Below the pieces are notes generated by a model that had not been told where the DNA came from, did not search any database, and saw only the letters and a list, made by a program, of their open reading frames with translations. Shown here piece by piece: positions 34,644-44,602 of a DNA stretch of 64,000 bases. Source of the DNA: an uncultured bacterium (GTDB taxonomy: Bacteria; Chloroflexota; UBA5177; JANWHV01); assembly GCA_963827235.1 (NCBI GenBank), contig CAWHAE010000010.1:1-64000 (forward strand). The letters are read 5' to 3'. The position numbers were made by a program, and so were the translations under genes. Within the stretch, counting starts at the first letter, position 1, and each line of letters begins with the position of its first letter.

Positions 34644-35333
34644 ATGCACAGCTCGAGGAGGCTGGTCGCGTTGCTGGTGGTCGTACTCGCCATCCTGGCC
34701 CTGGGACCGGCGCCTGCCGCCCGGGCGGGGAGCGCGCAGCCGTACGTCTACCCGCCCCAGGCGCACCCGTACGGCCACTCGTACAGCGAATGGCTCATCC
34801 GGTACGTCTGGTGGTGGATGGCTATACCTGCGCAGACGAATCCCTTGTTGGACCACAGCGGTGCGCACTGCGCCCTAGGCCAGTCCGGCCCGGTCTGGTA
34901 CGTCGGACCCGACATGATGAGCGGCACCTACAAGCGGGCCTGCACCGTGCCCGCCGGCAAGGCGCTCGTCATCGGGGGCTTTGTCGAGTGTTCGACCGTG
35001 CAAGGAAGCGGCAACACCCTCGCGGAACTGCGCAGTTGCGCCAAGAGCGGTATGGATTCGGCGACAGAAGCTGACGTCACGGTGGATGGGGTGCACCTCA
35101 CGGACCTGCTGACCCGGTACCGGTTCGAGACTCCTCTCTTCACGTTTGCGTATCCCGCTGACAACGTGATGGGCGTGCCTGGGCCCGGGACCACCAAGTC
35201 GGTGGCAGGCGGCCCCCTCGTCATGCTCGCTCCGCTTGCGGTGGGACGGCACACGCTCGACATGCGCTTTCGGTATAGCCCTCCTGACCCGTGGACCACA
35301 CACGTCACCTACCATCTGACGATTCGCCGCTGA
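34644..35333 (+). CDS. secreted paralogue A of the tandem array (uncharacterised PYGHSYxEW...CxxGQSGPVW...CTVPAGK family)
   Basis: GGAG RBS, signal peptide, conserved framework shared with B-D. Confidence 0.9.
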   Translation: MHSSRRLVALLVVVLAILALGPAPAARAGSAQPYVYPPQAHPYGHSYSEWLIRYVWWWMAIPAQTNPLLDHSGAHCALGQSGPVWYVGPDMMSGTYKRACTVPAGKALVIGGFVECSTVQGSGNTLAELRSCAKSGMDSATEADVTVDGVHLTDLLTRYRFETPLFTFAYPADNVMGVPGPGTTKSVAGGPLVMLAPLAVGRHTLDMRFRYSPPDPWTTHVTYHLTIRR

Positions 35334-35383
35334 GCAGCGTGTTCCCGGCGCTGTGCCCGGCGTCGCGCAGGAAGGAGAAGGAC

Positions 35384-36070
35384 ATGCAAAGCTCGAGGAA
35401 ACTGGTCGCGTTGCTGGTGGTCGTGCTCGCCATCCTCGCCCTGGGACCGGCGCCTGCCGCCCAGGCGAGCAGCGCGCAGCCTTACGTCTACCCGCCCCAG
35501 GCGCACCCGTACGGCCACTCGTACGGCGAATGGCTCATCCGGTACGTTCGGTGGTGGATGGCTGCGCCTACGCCGGAGAACCCCGTGTTGGACCGCACCG
35601 GTGCGCACTGCGCCGTAGGCCAGTCCGGCCCGGTCTGGTACCTCACGTCGAACGAGGGCGGCACCGATATCCGGACCTGCACGGTGCCCGCCGGCAAGGC
35701 GTTCCTCATCTTTCCGGCCGGCGATGAGTCTGCGACCGTGATAGGGGGCGGCGACACCTTCGAGGCACTGCGCAGTACCGCCAGCGGCGGCGCTGTGGTG
35801 AGAGAAGCTGACGTGACGGTGGATGGGGTGCACCTCACGAATCTGCTGACCCGGTACCGTTTCGAGACTCCTCTCTTCACCTATAGCTATCCTGCTGACA
35901 ACTTTATGGGCGTGCCAGGGCCTGGGACCACCAAGGCGGTAGCTGATGGCATCCTGGTCATGCTCGCTCCGCTGTCAGCGGGACGGCATACGGTCGACCT
36001 GCGATTTTCGTATGGCCCTCCTGTCTCGATGACTGGAGAAGTCACGTACCACCTGACCGTTCGCCGCTGA
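35384..36070 (+). CDS. secreted paralogue B
   Basis: same signal peptide and framework; 50-bp intergenic spacer identical to the one between B and C. Confidence 0.9.
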   Translation: MQSSRKLVALLVVVLAILALGPAPAAQASSAQPYVYPPQAHPYGHSYGEWLIRYVRWWMAAPTPENPVLDRTGAHCAVGQSGPVWYLTSNEGGTDIRTCTVPAGKAFLIFPAGDESATVIGGGDTFEALRSTASGGAVVREADVTVDGVHLTNLLTRYRFETPLFTYSYPADNFMGVPGPGTTKAVADGILVMLAPLSAGRHTVDLRFSYGPPVSMTGEVTYHLTVRR

Positions 36071-36120
36071 GCAGCGTGTTCCCGGCGCTGTGCCCGGCGT
36101 CGCGCAGGAAGGAGAAGGAC

Positions 36121-36810
36121 ATGCAAAGCTCGAGGAAACTGGTCGCATTGCTGGTGGTCGTGCTCGCGATCCTCGCCCTGGGACCGGCGCCTGCCGCCCA
36201 GGCGAGCAGCACACAGCCTCAGGTTTACCCGCCCCAGGCGCACCCGTACGGCCACTCGTACGGCGAATGGGTCATCCGGAGCACCCGGTGGGCGTGGAGT
36301 TTGCCTCTAGCGGAGTTCCCAGCGTACGACCACACCGGTGCGCACTGCGCCGCAGGCCAGTCCGGCCCGGTCTGGTACCTCGCAAACAACACCGGAGGCA
36401 CCGATATCCGCACCTGCACGGTGCCCGCCGGCAAGGCGCTCCTCATCACGGCAGCTGGGGTGCTGGCTATGACCGTGTGGGGGAATGGCGACACCTTCGC
36501 GGCACTGAGCCGCACCGCCGGGGGCTGGGAGGACAGTCTGACACAAGCTGACGTGACCGTAGATGGTGTGCACCTCACGAACCTGCTCACGCGCTACCGG
36601 TTCCAGACCCCGCTCTTCACGCTATGGTACAACGCTAGTAACTGGATGGGCATACCGGGGCCCGGGACCACCAAGGCGGTGGCTGATAGCAACAGCGTCA
36701 TGCTGGCTCCGCTGGCAGCAGGACGGCACACGCTCGACCTGCGCTTTTCGTACAATTCTCCTGTGTCGGAGCATGGCGAAGTCATCTACCATCTGACGAT
36801 TCGCCGCTGA
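36121..36810 (+). CDS. secreted paralogue C
   Basis: same signal peptide and framework. Confidence 0.9.
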   Translation: MQSSRKLVALLVVVLAILALGPAPAAQASSTQPQVYPPQAHPYGHSYGEWVIRSTRWAWSLPLAEFPAYDHTGAHCAAGQSGPVWYLANNTGGTDIRTCTVPAGKALLITAAGVLAMTVWGNGDTFAALSRTAGGWEDSLTQADVTVDGVHLTNLLTRYRFQTPLFTLWYNASNWMGIPGPGTTKAVADSNSVMLAPLAAGRHTLDLRFSYNSPVSEHGEVIYHLTIRR

Positions 36811-37051
36811 GCGGCATGTTCCCGGCGCTGCTCACCGACCGCCCCGGGGCCTCACCGCACCGCCTGCCGGTGCCGGGCCCTAGGGCGAGTCGGCCGGGAA
36901 GTTGCACGCGATCCTAGCGATGGCTGCCTCCTCGCTGCACTACGGTCAAGACGGGGCAGCGGGCCAGCAGGTCCCCAGAGCGGCTGGACGGACTCGCCGG
37001 CCGTTTCCGTACGGGGCGCCGCACAAGTCCGAAGCCGTGCACCTGCGCCCA
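36811..37051 (+). repeat. downstream block T, copy 1
   Basis: near-identical to 38130-38370. Confidence 0.9.
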
Positions 37052-37439
37052 CGAGGCGCGCCGCGTTATCGGGTAGGAGACACGCGGTGTAGAGCCCGAT
37101 GGAGTAGTGGCAGCGCATAGGAACGGCACTGCCGGGAGCCTATCGTGGTCGCTCCGGCAACTGTGCACGCTACTGTGCACGCTACTGTGCGATCGGCTGT
37201 TCATAGGCGGAGCGCACATGCGGCCCTATAATCGAGCCGTAGTGGGTGCGCCGACCTGCAGCCCTAGAAAGGGTTCGACGCCTCAAGCACCGCGAGCGGC
37301 GAGGCCGCTCCTCTCTTGCCGGCGCCTGCTCTTGCCTGGTCACCCCTGGACTGCAGCGAGCAACTGGTGAACCCGGCCACGCTGGCGTGGTCGTGCGCCG
37401 GGTTGCTTGTGCTCGGCGCTGTGCAGGAAGGAGAAGGAC
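37050..37439 (+). repeat. promoter block P, copy 2, with one extra 12-bp unit
   Basis: CTGTGC at 37161, 37173, 37185, CTGTTC at 37197; TATAAT at 37227-37232. Confidence 0.9.
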
Positions 37440-38129
37440 ATGCTAAGCACGAGGAAGCTGGTCGCGTTGCTGGTGGTCATGCTCGCCGTCCTCACCCTGG
37501 GACCGGCGCCTGCCGCCCAGGCGAGCAGCACACAGATTCAGGTATTCCCGCCGCAGTCGCACCCCTACGGCCACTCATACAGCGAATGGCTCATCCGGAT
37601 CGTCCGGTGGGGGTGGAGTTTGCCTCTGGCGGAGGCCCCCTTCAACGACAGCACCGGTGCGTTCTGCGCCGTGGGCCAGTCCGGCCCGGTCTGGTACCTC
37701 GAAAACAACACCGGAGGCACCGATATCCGCACCTGCACGGTGCCCGCCGGCAAGGCGCTCCTCATCATGGCAGCTGGGCTGATGGCTATGACCGTGTCGG
37801 GGAATGGCGACACCTTCGAGGCACTGAGCCGCGCCGCCGGGGGCTGGGAGGACAGTCTGACACAAGCTGACGTGACCGTAGATGGTGTGCACCTCACGAA
37901 CCTGCTCACGCGCTACCGGTTCCAGACCCCGCTCTTCACGCTATGGTATAACGCTAGTAACTGGATGGGCATACCTGGGCCCGGGACCACCAAGGCGGTG
38001 GCTGATTGCAACTGCGTCATGCTGGCTCCGCTGGCAGCAGGACGGCACACGCTCGACCTGCGCTTTTCGTACAATTCTCCTGTGTCGGAGCATGGCGAAG
38101 TCATCTACCATCTGACGATTCGCCGCTGA
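37440..38129 (+). CDS. secreted paralogue D
   Basis: 3' two-thirds nearly identical to C. Confidence 0.9.
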   Translation: MLSTRKLVALLVVMLAVLTLGPAPAAQASSTQIQVFPPQSHPYGHSYSEWLIRIVRWGWSLPLAEAPFNDSTGAFCAVGQSGPVWYLENNTGGTDIRTCTVPAGKALLIMAAGLMAMTVSGNGDTFEALSRAAGGWEDSLTQADVTVDGVHLTNLLTRYRFQTPLFTLWYNASNWMGIPGPGTTKAVADCNCVMLAPLAAGRHTLDLRFSYNSPVSEHGEVIYHLTIRR

Positions 38130-38370
38130 GCGGCATGTTCCCGGCGCTGCGCACCGACCGCCCCGGGGCCTCACCGCACCGCCTGCCGGTGCCGGGCCCT
38201 GGGGCGAGTCGGCTGGGAAGTTGCACGCGATCCTAGCGATGGCTGCCTCCTCGCTGCACTACGGTCAAGACGGGGCAGTGGGCCAGCAGCTCCCCAGAGC
38301 GGCTGGACGGACTCGCCGGCCGTTTCCGTACGGGGCGCCGCACAAGTCCGAAGCCGTGCACCTGGGCCCA
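38130..38370 (+). repeat. downstream block T, copy 2
   Basis: near-identical to 36811-37051. Confidence 0.9.
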
Positions 38371-38417
38371 TGCGGCTGAACACGCAAGAGTCGACGAAGG
38401 GATGGGGCACGGGGCCC

Positions 38418-38546
38418 GCGGTTGCGATCGCATGGCAGCAGAGGGGGACCGCGGTCCCGGGTGGGGCGGGGGACGGTAGCCTCCAGCCGCGGCAGCCTGC
38501 GGTTGCGATCGCATGGCAGCAGAGGGGGGACTGCGGTCCCGGGTGG
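38418..38546. repeat. two ~47-bp palindrome-containing direct repeats (REP-like)
   Basis: GCGGTTGCGATCGCATGGCAGCAGAGGGGGACCGCGGTCCCGGGTGG at 38418 and a variant at 38499. Confidence 0.75.
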
Positions 38547-38559
38547 AGGGGCCAGGCAG

Positions 38560-40851
38560 TTATCCTCGCGACTGATGCCACAAGGCGCTGTCAGTCCCTT
38601 CCACGAATACGTCGAGCCGGTTCGGTGCCCAGGAAACCACATTGGGCGGTGACTCCAGTATCCCGCCAAGGGACTCCCAGCCAGCCCAGTGGCTCCCATT
38701 CCACCACCGATGCCACAGGGCACTGTCTGTCCCCACCACGAAGATATCGAGCCGGTTTGGTCCCCAGGCCACGGCACTGGGCGGTGACTCCAGCACCCCG
38801 CCGAGCGATTCCCAGCCTCCCCAGTTGCTCCCATCCCACCAGCGGTGCCAGAGGGCACTATCTGTCCCCACCACGAAGATATCGAGCCGATTCGGTCCCC
38901 AGGCCACGGCACTGGGCGGTGACTCCAGCACCCCGCCGAGCGATTCCCAGCCGCCCCAGTTGCTTCCATCCCACCAGCGGTGCCAGAGGGCGTGATCGGT
39001 CCCGACGGCAAACACATCGAGCCGGTTCGGTCCCCAGGCCACGGCGCTGGGCGGTGACTCCAGCACCCCGCCGAGCGATTGCCAGCCGCCCCAGTTGCTT
39101 CCATCCCACCAGCGGTGCCAGAGGGCATGATCGGTCCCGAGGGCAAACACATCGAGCCGGTTCGGTCCCCAGGCAACCGCGACTGGCGGGGAGGTCAAGA
39201 TCCCGCCGAGCGATTGCCAGCCGCCCCAATTGCTTCCATCCCACCAGCGGTGCCAGAGGGCGTGATCGGTCCCGAGGGCAAACACATCGAGCCGGTTCGG
39301 TCCCCAGGCAACCGCGACTGGCGGGGAGGTCAGAATCCCGCCGAGCGATTGCCAGCCGCCCCAGTTGCTTCCATCCCACCAGCGGTGCCAGAGGGCGCTG
39401 TCCGTCCCCACCACGAAGACATCGAGCCGATTCGGTCCCCAGGCCACGGCGTTGGGTGGTGACTCCAGCACGCCCCCAAGGGATTCCCAGCCTCGCCAAC
39501 CAGTCGAGAAAAAGAACGGGTCGATGGAGGCCACTACCGGCGTCGTGCCATCCACAGCGAGGAGGGTATGTGTCGTGAAATTGGCATTTCGCTGGTACAC
39601 AACGCTCTGAGGGAAGTTCCCCAGATCCGGCGTATTATTCGCGCAGAAGATGCCGTAAAAATCTGGGCCCAGGGCACTCAGATAGACGTAGTCGCCCAGG
39701 TAGGGCTGGAACTGCGGTGCCGGCACGCCTTCAGGAACGGTCGCCAAGACGAGGTCGCCCCAGGTGGCTCCGTCCGAAGACTGACGAAGATGCGTCACCC
39801 ACCGCTGGTTGCCACTCGGGCCCGTGACTTGCTGGTAGAGGAAGCCGATCAGGCCATCAGAGGTGATCGCCAGCGCTGGATTGGTGGCGTTCGTGATGGT
39901 CAGCAGATCCGCACTCCAATTGACACCCCTATTAGTCGAGCGACGGAGGTGCAGCGTATAGCCGGCAGGTTGATGATCAGCAAAGGCCAGATAGACCTCC
40001 GAGCTGCTATTTGGAGTGATCGCAATCGAGAGATCACCGCCCGTACGCTGCTGTCCCATCAGCGCCGACCAGGGGAAGGTGCTGCCAGTCGCGACACGTA
40101 CTCCCGCGATGTTATCGCCAGCGTCGACGAGAGCCGTGAACGGATTCGCGGACGTCCCCCAGCTATCGTCGCGCACGACGACAACGTCGGCGGTGACGAC
40201 GCCGCCGTTGAAGCTCCGCCAACCATAGAATGCTGCGTAGATAGTGCCGTCAGGATGAATGACTGGCCGTACCTGGGGGCCATTCTGGCCCGATGTAGTC
40301 CGTTTCTCAACGCGGGTCGAACTGAATGCGGGTGCCCCAGTCCCGGCATCGAGTGACTGGTCTATCGTCGCGGTTTTCCCACCAGGAGCGTTGAAGTCGT
40401 TGTTGCCGACGTAGATCCGGTCCTTGCCAGCATCCGGACCGCTTGCAACAGTAGCCGCTTGCATCCACGGCTGGTCTTCGTTGCCGCGCCCTTCCAAAGT
40501 CGTCATTGCCGTCGACGCGAGGAAGTTCGTCGTGCGCAAGACGTTCAGTTGCAGGTTATCTCCCCGCAGATCTCCAGCGTACAGAGCGTTGGACGAGGTG
40601 CTGAAGCGCAGGGTAATATCGTCGGTGCCAGAAGACGCATTGCCACCGGGTACAATCGTGTTGAGCGTCCAGCTATGGCCCCCGTCGTTTGATACATAGA
40701 TGGGTGCGTTCGCTCCCCCGAGGGGGTCGGGGGTAAACGCGGTGGCCGCGATTTGCGTGGGCTGCCTTGGGTTGATCGTGAGGTTGGGCTCGCTGTCCTG
40801 GTGGGTTTCACCGCTCAAGGACCGCGGGATAAGATTCACAATGAAGACCAT
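38560..40851 (-). CDS. Asp-box (sialidase-like) domain fused to a seven-repeat PLL-type lectin beta-propeller
   Basis: Asp-boxes [23 protein letters not shown]; seven 45-aa repeats [45 protein letters not shown]; AGGAG RBS. Confidence 0.85.
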   Translation of the reverse strand: MVFIVNLIPRSLSGETHQDSEPNLTINPRQPTQIAATAFTPDPLGGANAPIYVSNDGGHSWTLNTIVPGGNASSGTDDITLRFSTSSNALYAGDLRGDNLQLNVLRTTNFLASTAMTTLEGRGNEDQPWMQAATVASGPDAGKDRIYVGNNDFNAPGGKTATIDQSLDAGTGAPAFSSTRVEKRTTSGQNGPQVRPVIHPDGTIYAAFYGWRSFNGGVVTADVVVVRDDSWGTSANPFTALVDAGDNIAGVRVATGSTFPWSALMGQQRTGGDLSIAITPNSSSEVYLAFADHQPAGYTLHLRRSTNRGVNWSADLLTITNATNPALAITSDGLIGFLYQQVTGPSGNQRWVTHLRQSSDGATWGDLVLATVPEGVPAPQFQPYLGDYVYLSALGPDFYGIFCANNTPDLGNFPQSVVYQRNANFTTHTLLAVDGTTPVVASIDPFFFSTGWRGWESLGGVLESPPNAVAWGPNRLDVFVVGTDSALWHRWWDGSNWGGWQSLGGILTSPPVAVAWGPNRLDVFALGTDHALWHRWWDGSNWGGWQSLGGILTSPPVAVAWGPNRLDVFALGTDHALWHRWWDGSNWGGWQSLGGVLESPPSAVAWGPNRLDVFAVGTDHALWHRWWDGSNWGGWESLGGVLESPPSAVAWGPNRLDIFVVGTDSALWHRWWDGSNWGGWESLGGVLESPPSAVAWGPNRLDIFVVGTDSALWHRWWNGSHWAGWESLGGILESPPNVVSWAPNRLDVFVEGTDSALWHQSRG
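38563..39500 (-). repeat. 135-bp coding tandem repeat x7
   Basis: ATCGAGCCG recurs every 135 bp (38881, 39016, 39151, 39286, 39421). Confidence 0.92.
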
Positions 40852-40890
40852 CTTCGCCTTCTCCTATCTACCAAAGCAGCCGCAGGAAGG

Positions 40891-41679
40891 TCACTGCACG
40901 AGGGCTCGGACGCGAGGCAGTTGGTCTATTGGCTGAAAGTCCTCTGGGTGTAGCAGGACAAAGGCGGAAGCGTCTGGCGTCACCGCGGCGGCACCGGGGG
41001 CCGCATTTGTCGTCATCTCTTGCTGCGGGTGCAGGAGGAAGACTCCAGACATTCCTGGACGGAGTTTTGGCACCTGATACCACCGAACGTCCTGGCTATT
41101 TGGGTATCGCACCGTTATGCTTTTCTGGGCGAGGCTCCCTCTTTCCACGCCCGTTACGTTGACAATGGCGTCGTGCCACTCAGGATCATGCTCGCTTACG
41201 TATGACTGTGTGGGTGATGCGGCAGTGTCCGGCAGACGCGTGGCCGTAACGGTACCGGTGACAACGGTAGGCGTGGAAGCTAGATGCTGTTGCAGATGAA
41301 GATTTGCCCATGTTTGAACCGGATCGCCGGCTGCGGTGGCCAGCGCCGCGCTGGCCACCGCAATATCGTGATGGCCAACCGATTGCACTGCCAGACTCTC
41401 GCCAAAGACCAAGCCATTCGCATAGAAGGTGGCCTGCTCCCCCACCGTCACCTGCTCGTTGTCAGCCAATTGAACGGTGATGGTCTGACCGGCGTAGCCT
41501 ACGAGGGAGTTCGGCGCCGAGAGCACCTCGTCGACTTTGACCAAAGCGGTGCTCGCTGAGGCGGGAACCGAGGGCACCGTGCTAGCGTTGACCCGTAACA
41601 CAGTACCCCTAAATATGAAGTTGGCCCGGTTGCTGAGATCTTCAGTGCTGGCGGTCGGCTGGGACGTACTAACTGGCAT
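40891..41679 (-). CDS. conserved hypothetical protein, co-oriented partner of the lectin
   Basis: GGGAG RBS; two similar beta-rich halves (FIFRGTV / VVTGTV); SEHDPEW, SQDVRWYQVPK. Confidence 0.75.
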   Translation of the reverse strand: MPVSTSQPTASTEDLSNRANFIFRGTVLRVNASTVPSVPASASTALVKVDEVLSAPNSLVGYAGQTITVQLADNEQVTVGEQATFYANGLVFGESLAVQSVGHHDIAVASAALATAAGDPVQTWANLHLQQHLASTPTVVTGTVTATRLPDTAASPTQSYVSEHDPEWHDAIVNVTGVERGSLAQKSITVRYPNSQDVRWYQVPKLRPGMSGVFLLHPQQEMTTNAAPGAAAVTPDASAFVLLHPEDFQPIDQLPRVRALVQ

Positions 41680-41753
41680 CGTTGTCTCCCCGCGGAGCTC
41701 ACTGGTCGCTAATCGGCGTAGCTGTGGTGGCGCCCCTTTGTGTCACTGAGGGA

Positions 41754-41993
41754 TCATGCCGGTAGTGCAGCCACCTTTCGCCAGTCGTAGCTGGCGAGTG
41801 CGAAGAATACGATCGAGGCTGCACATGACGCCACGACGATCAGCCATTCAGCGGCACCACTGCCATTGTCTGGATCGACTTGGAAAACGAGCTCAATCCA
41901 GTTGCTCCATACCACTGTCAATAAGAGCAGGGCCATGCTGACCAGACCGAGGGCCAACTCAATCCAGAATCGGTGCGGTAGCTGCTTTCTCAC
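41754..41993 (-). CDS. small two-TM membrane protein (VDPDxGSGxxEW motif)
   Basis: AAAGGAGCA RBS; two hydrophobic helices around WIELVFQVDPDNGSGAAEW. Confidence 0.75.
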   Translation of the reverse strand: MRKQLPHRFWIELALGLVSMALLLLTVVWSNWIELVFQVDPDNGSGAAEWLIVVASCAASIVFFALASYDWRKVAALPA

Positions 41994-42185
41994 GTTTGCT
42001 CCTTTCCTCGATTTGCCTGCAGGACATGATGGGATTTACGGTAGAGATGAGGTGAGACCATCAGTGATCGGGTTGCAGTGAGAGCACAGGATTCAGCAGA
42101 TGCTGATAACGGGCTTTCGACCATTATGATGCTGAAGCGAGATTCATTGCGGCAGAGTCCGCAGCCGGTCGCTCTGTCTTTTCAG

Positions 42186-42330
42186 CTACGGCGCCTGCAG
42201 ACGGCTCTCGAGCGTTGCCTGATCCAGTGGGAAACGAACATCCTCGTGTGCTTCACTCACGCGCGAGCGAGCACTTACGGGATAGGTTAATCCATCGCTG
42301 GCACCTATCTCCAGATCAAAGTCAAGATAG
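42186..42330 (-). pseudogene. N-terminal remnant resembling CHAT-domain proteins
   Basis: YLDFDLEIGASDGLTYPVSARS...EDVRFPLDQATLESRLQ; no CHAT catalytic region follows. Confidence 0.45.
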
Positions 42331-43064
42331 CCTCGCCGCTGCATGGCAGCGCCTCGCACGGCACCAGCGCACTCCACCGCTTCTACGTTATGCCGGATTG
42401 CCCGATTACGAGTTGGCAAAAGCGCGACTCGGGTTATCTTCCCGGAATGGCGCAGAGAACAGCGATATTCCGTTCAGCTAGGAGCCCGACTGGGGCGCTA
42501 CCATCTTGCGCCACGAACACATACGAGGGGCAGAATCTCCGGAAGCATCACTTTCCTGACGCCTCCATATGCCAGCTCCATACCGCGTCACGAGCTTGCG
42601 CCTGTCCAGCGCATCGGAACCAATAGACAACGGAAGCGGACCCGCGCAGAGATGCAGGAGCAGCTCGAACTCAAAGCCCGATCTGGAAGCCCTGCAGACT
42701 CGATTGAACGAGCCATGCCTGAGCTTCTTGTTGCGCTCCAATGCGGCCCAATGCACAGTGTGAACAGAATATAGTGCCATTATAGACGCATCAGCGTATT
42801 TCGCAAGACCCTGCCGTCAAGTGGCTGACAGCAGTACAGGCTCAGGCTGATGGTGACTCGACCGAGCATGTCGATGGTGTTGGCAAGGGCATTCAACGTC
42901 CCGTATGATCATGCGGTGCTCAACACGATCGGCCGTAGGACCCGTCAGGCGCACTGAAGCCGTGGCACGACAGAAGCGATGGACGCTCTCTGTTAAGGTG
43001 GGAATGAGCCTCGAGCGGGGGGGACTGACAGGTATCTGGTGTGCAGTTGCTCAGCGAGGTGGGG

Positions 43065-44009
43065 CTAGCGATACAGCAGGGCCATGTGCTCGGCCTGGGC
43101 ACGGATGGCGGCCGTGAGCGCGGGCGGCGATTCCACGACGACGTCGGGCCCGATAGCTAACAACTGGCCTGCGAACCAGGCCACTTCGGACTGTGGGATG
43201 GTGCCATCGATCACGCCGCCGCCATGCCCATCCGGCCGCGGTGCGCCAAACAACGCCCGCAGGTCGTAGTTCAGCATGCCTCGCGCAGTGACCTGTGCAC
43301 GTAACGGGAGGCCACGCCCATCGTCGCGCTCGACCAGGTCCAGCCAGTGCGCCATCGGGATGTGCGGCGGTGGCTCCCGCCCGTCCTGCACCCGCGACAC
43401 TGCCCGGACACGGTCGGCCCGCAACGACAACTTGACACCCCGCAGGTCGTCATGGCAGGCGCAATACCAGCACCCACCCCGTGCGTAGACACCGAACGGG
43501 AAGATGGTGCGCTCCGACTTGCCGGCTTTCGAGTCGTACACGATGCGCAGATGTGCCCGGTCGAGTGCCGCCTGCAGCAGGTCACCCAGCAAGGGCGCGG
43601 GGTCACCCACGGGGCGTGCGATGATCGCCACATGCTCGCTGAGCCGTTCCAGATCGCGCACCGCCTCGGGCGACAGGGCCGCGCGCAGCTTGGTGGCCGC
43701 AGAGGGTCCTGCGCCACCGCCGGCAAACGGCGTCCCGGCGGAGCGCAGGAACGCGTCATAGGCCAGGAGCACACCAAGCGCCTCGTCGACTGAGAGTGTG
43801 AGCGGCGCCAGGCGTTGCTCGCGCGCGAGCATATAGCCGCCGCCCGGTCCCGGCGTGGCATCCAGGCGGACGCCCAGATCCGCGAGCGCCTGCAGGTCCC
43901 GTTGCATCGTCCGGCGCGAGACCCCGAACTCGTCCGCCCACTGCTGTGCGGTGAGGCGGGGCGTCCCGCGCAGGCGGATGAGCATTTCCAGCAGCCGTGC
44001 CGCACGCAT
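43065..44009 (-). CDS. YafY-type HTH-WYL-WCX transcriptional regulator
   Basis: MRAARLLEML...TAQQWADEFGVSRRTMQRDLQAL, GPGGGY, SERTIFPFGV...WYC...LRADRV, VVVESPPAL. Confidence 0.92.
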   Translation of the reverse strand: MRAARLLEMLIRLRGTPRLTAQQWADEFGVSRRTMQRDLQALADLGVRLDATPGPGGGYMLAREQRLAPLTLSVDEALGVLLAYDAFLRSAGTPFAGGGAGPSAATKLRAALSPEAVRDLERLSEHVAIIARPVGDPAPLLGDLLQAALDRAHLRIVYDSKAGKSERTIFPFGVYARGGCWYCACHDDLRGVKLSLRADRVRAVSRVQDGREPPPHIPMAHWLDLVERDDGRGLPLRAQVTARGMLNYDLRALFGAPRPDGHGGGVIDGTIPQSEVAWFAGQLLAIGPDVVVESPPALTAAIRAQAEHMALLYR

Positions 44010-44037
44010 GACACTTCCGATCACAGCCTGAGAACGA

Positions 44038-44052
44038 CGACATAATCTGTCA
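44038..44052. promoter_or_regulatory. CGACA-N5-TGTCA inverted repeat, candidate WYL-regulator operator
   Basis: lies between the divergent WYL and Cdd1 genes, upstream of a TAGACT -10-like box. Confidence 0.5.
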
Positions 44053-44112
44053 CCATTCTACGCTAGACTGCAGAGGTAAGCATACTGCTACGCAGGCGTG
44101 AAGGGAGGAGTC

Positions 44113-44454
44113 ATGAAGCTGGTACACGACCAGACAGATATGGTGGAGGCACGACGCGAAGCCGCCGGCCGACTGCAGGCGATCCCCAATGTCGGGCCAG
44201 CAATGGCCGAGGACTTGCTGCGGCTGGGCATTCTGCGTCTGGAGGACGCTGCCGGTCAGGATCCAGATGCGCTCTACCGGGCGCTTTGCGTGCTGGACGG
44301 AGTACGCCAGGATCCGTGTGTGCGGGATGTCTTCGCGGCGGTGGTGGCCTACGCAAACGGCGAGGAGGCCCGGCCGTGGTGGGCGTTCACGCCGGCGCGC
44401 AAGGCCCGGGATGGGCAGGCGACCGGAAGAGGCCGAAGAGGGAGGACGAGATGA
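44113..44454 (+). CDS. helix-hairpin-helix Cdd1 / mitomycin-resistance-like protein
   Basis: LQAIPNVGPAMAEDLLRLGI...GQDPDALY..LC...QDPCVRDVF...PWWAFT; GGAGG RBS. Confidence 0.85.
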   Translation: MKLVHDQTDMVEARREAAGRLQAIPNVGPAMAEDLLRLGILRLEDAAGQDPDALYRALCVLDGVRQDPCVRDVFAAVVAYANGEEARPWWAFTPARKARDGQATGRGRRGRTR

Positions 44455-44500
44455 ATGTGCTCTTCATTGCTGGCTTCGGCCCGATCGTGCCGGAGATGGA
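44451..44500 (+). pseudogene. N-terminal stub of a glyoxalase/VOC-like gene
   Basis: ATGA overlap with the previous stop, GGAGG RBS, MNVLFIAGFGPIVPEMD, then breaks off. Confidence 0.5.
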
Positions 44501-44602
44501 CACCGAGCAATACAGCACCGTGTGCTGACCCGCTGACAGCGGAGCGAGGATGGCCAAGAAGCCGTCGGCCACCGCCTGGGAGATCCCGTGCCCGGGAGGC
44601 AC
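44500..44602 (-). pseudogene. C-terminal remnant homologous to paralogues A-D
   Basis: PGHGISQAVADGFLAILAPLSAGQHTV aligns with PGPGTTKAVADGILVMLAPLSAGRHTV of paralogue B. Confidence 0.7.

Noticed and set aside
34644-38129. Diversity-generating retroelement
   Set aside because: No reverse transcriptase or template repeat; differences between paralogues are not adenine-specific
38418-38546. CRISPR array
   Set aside because: Only two units and no cas genes in the window
38563-39500. CRISPR or non-coding repeat array
   Set aside because: 135-bp in-frame coding repeats with no unique spacers
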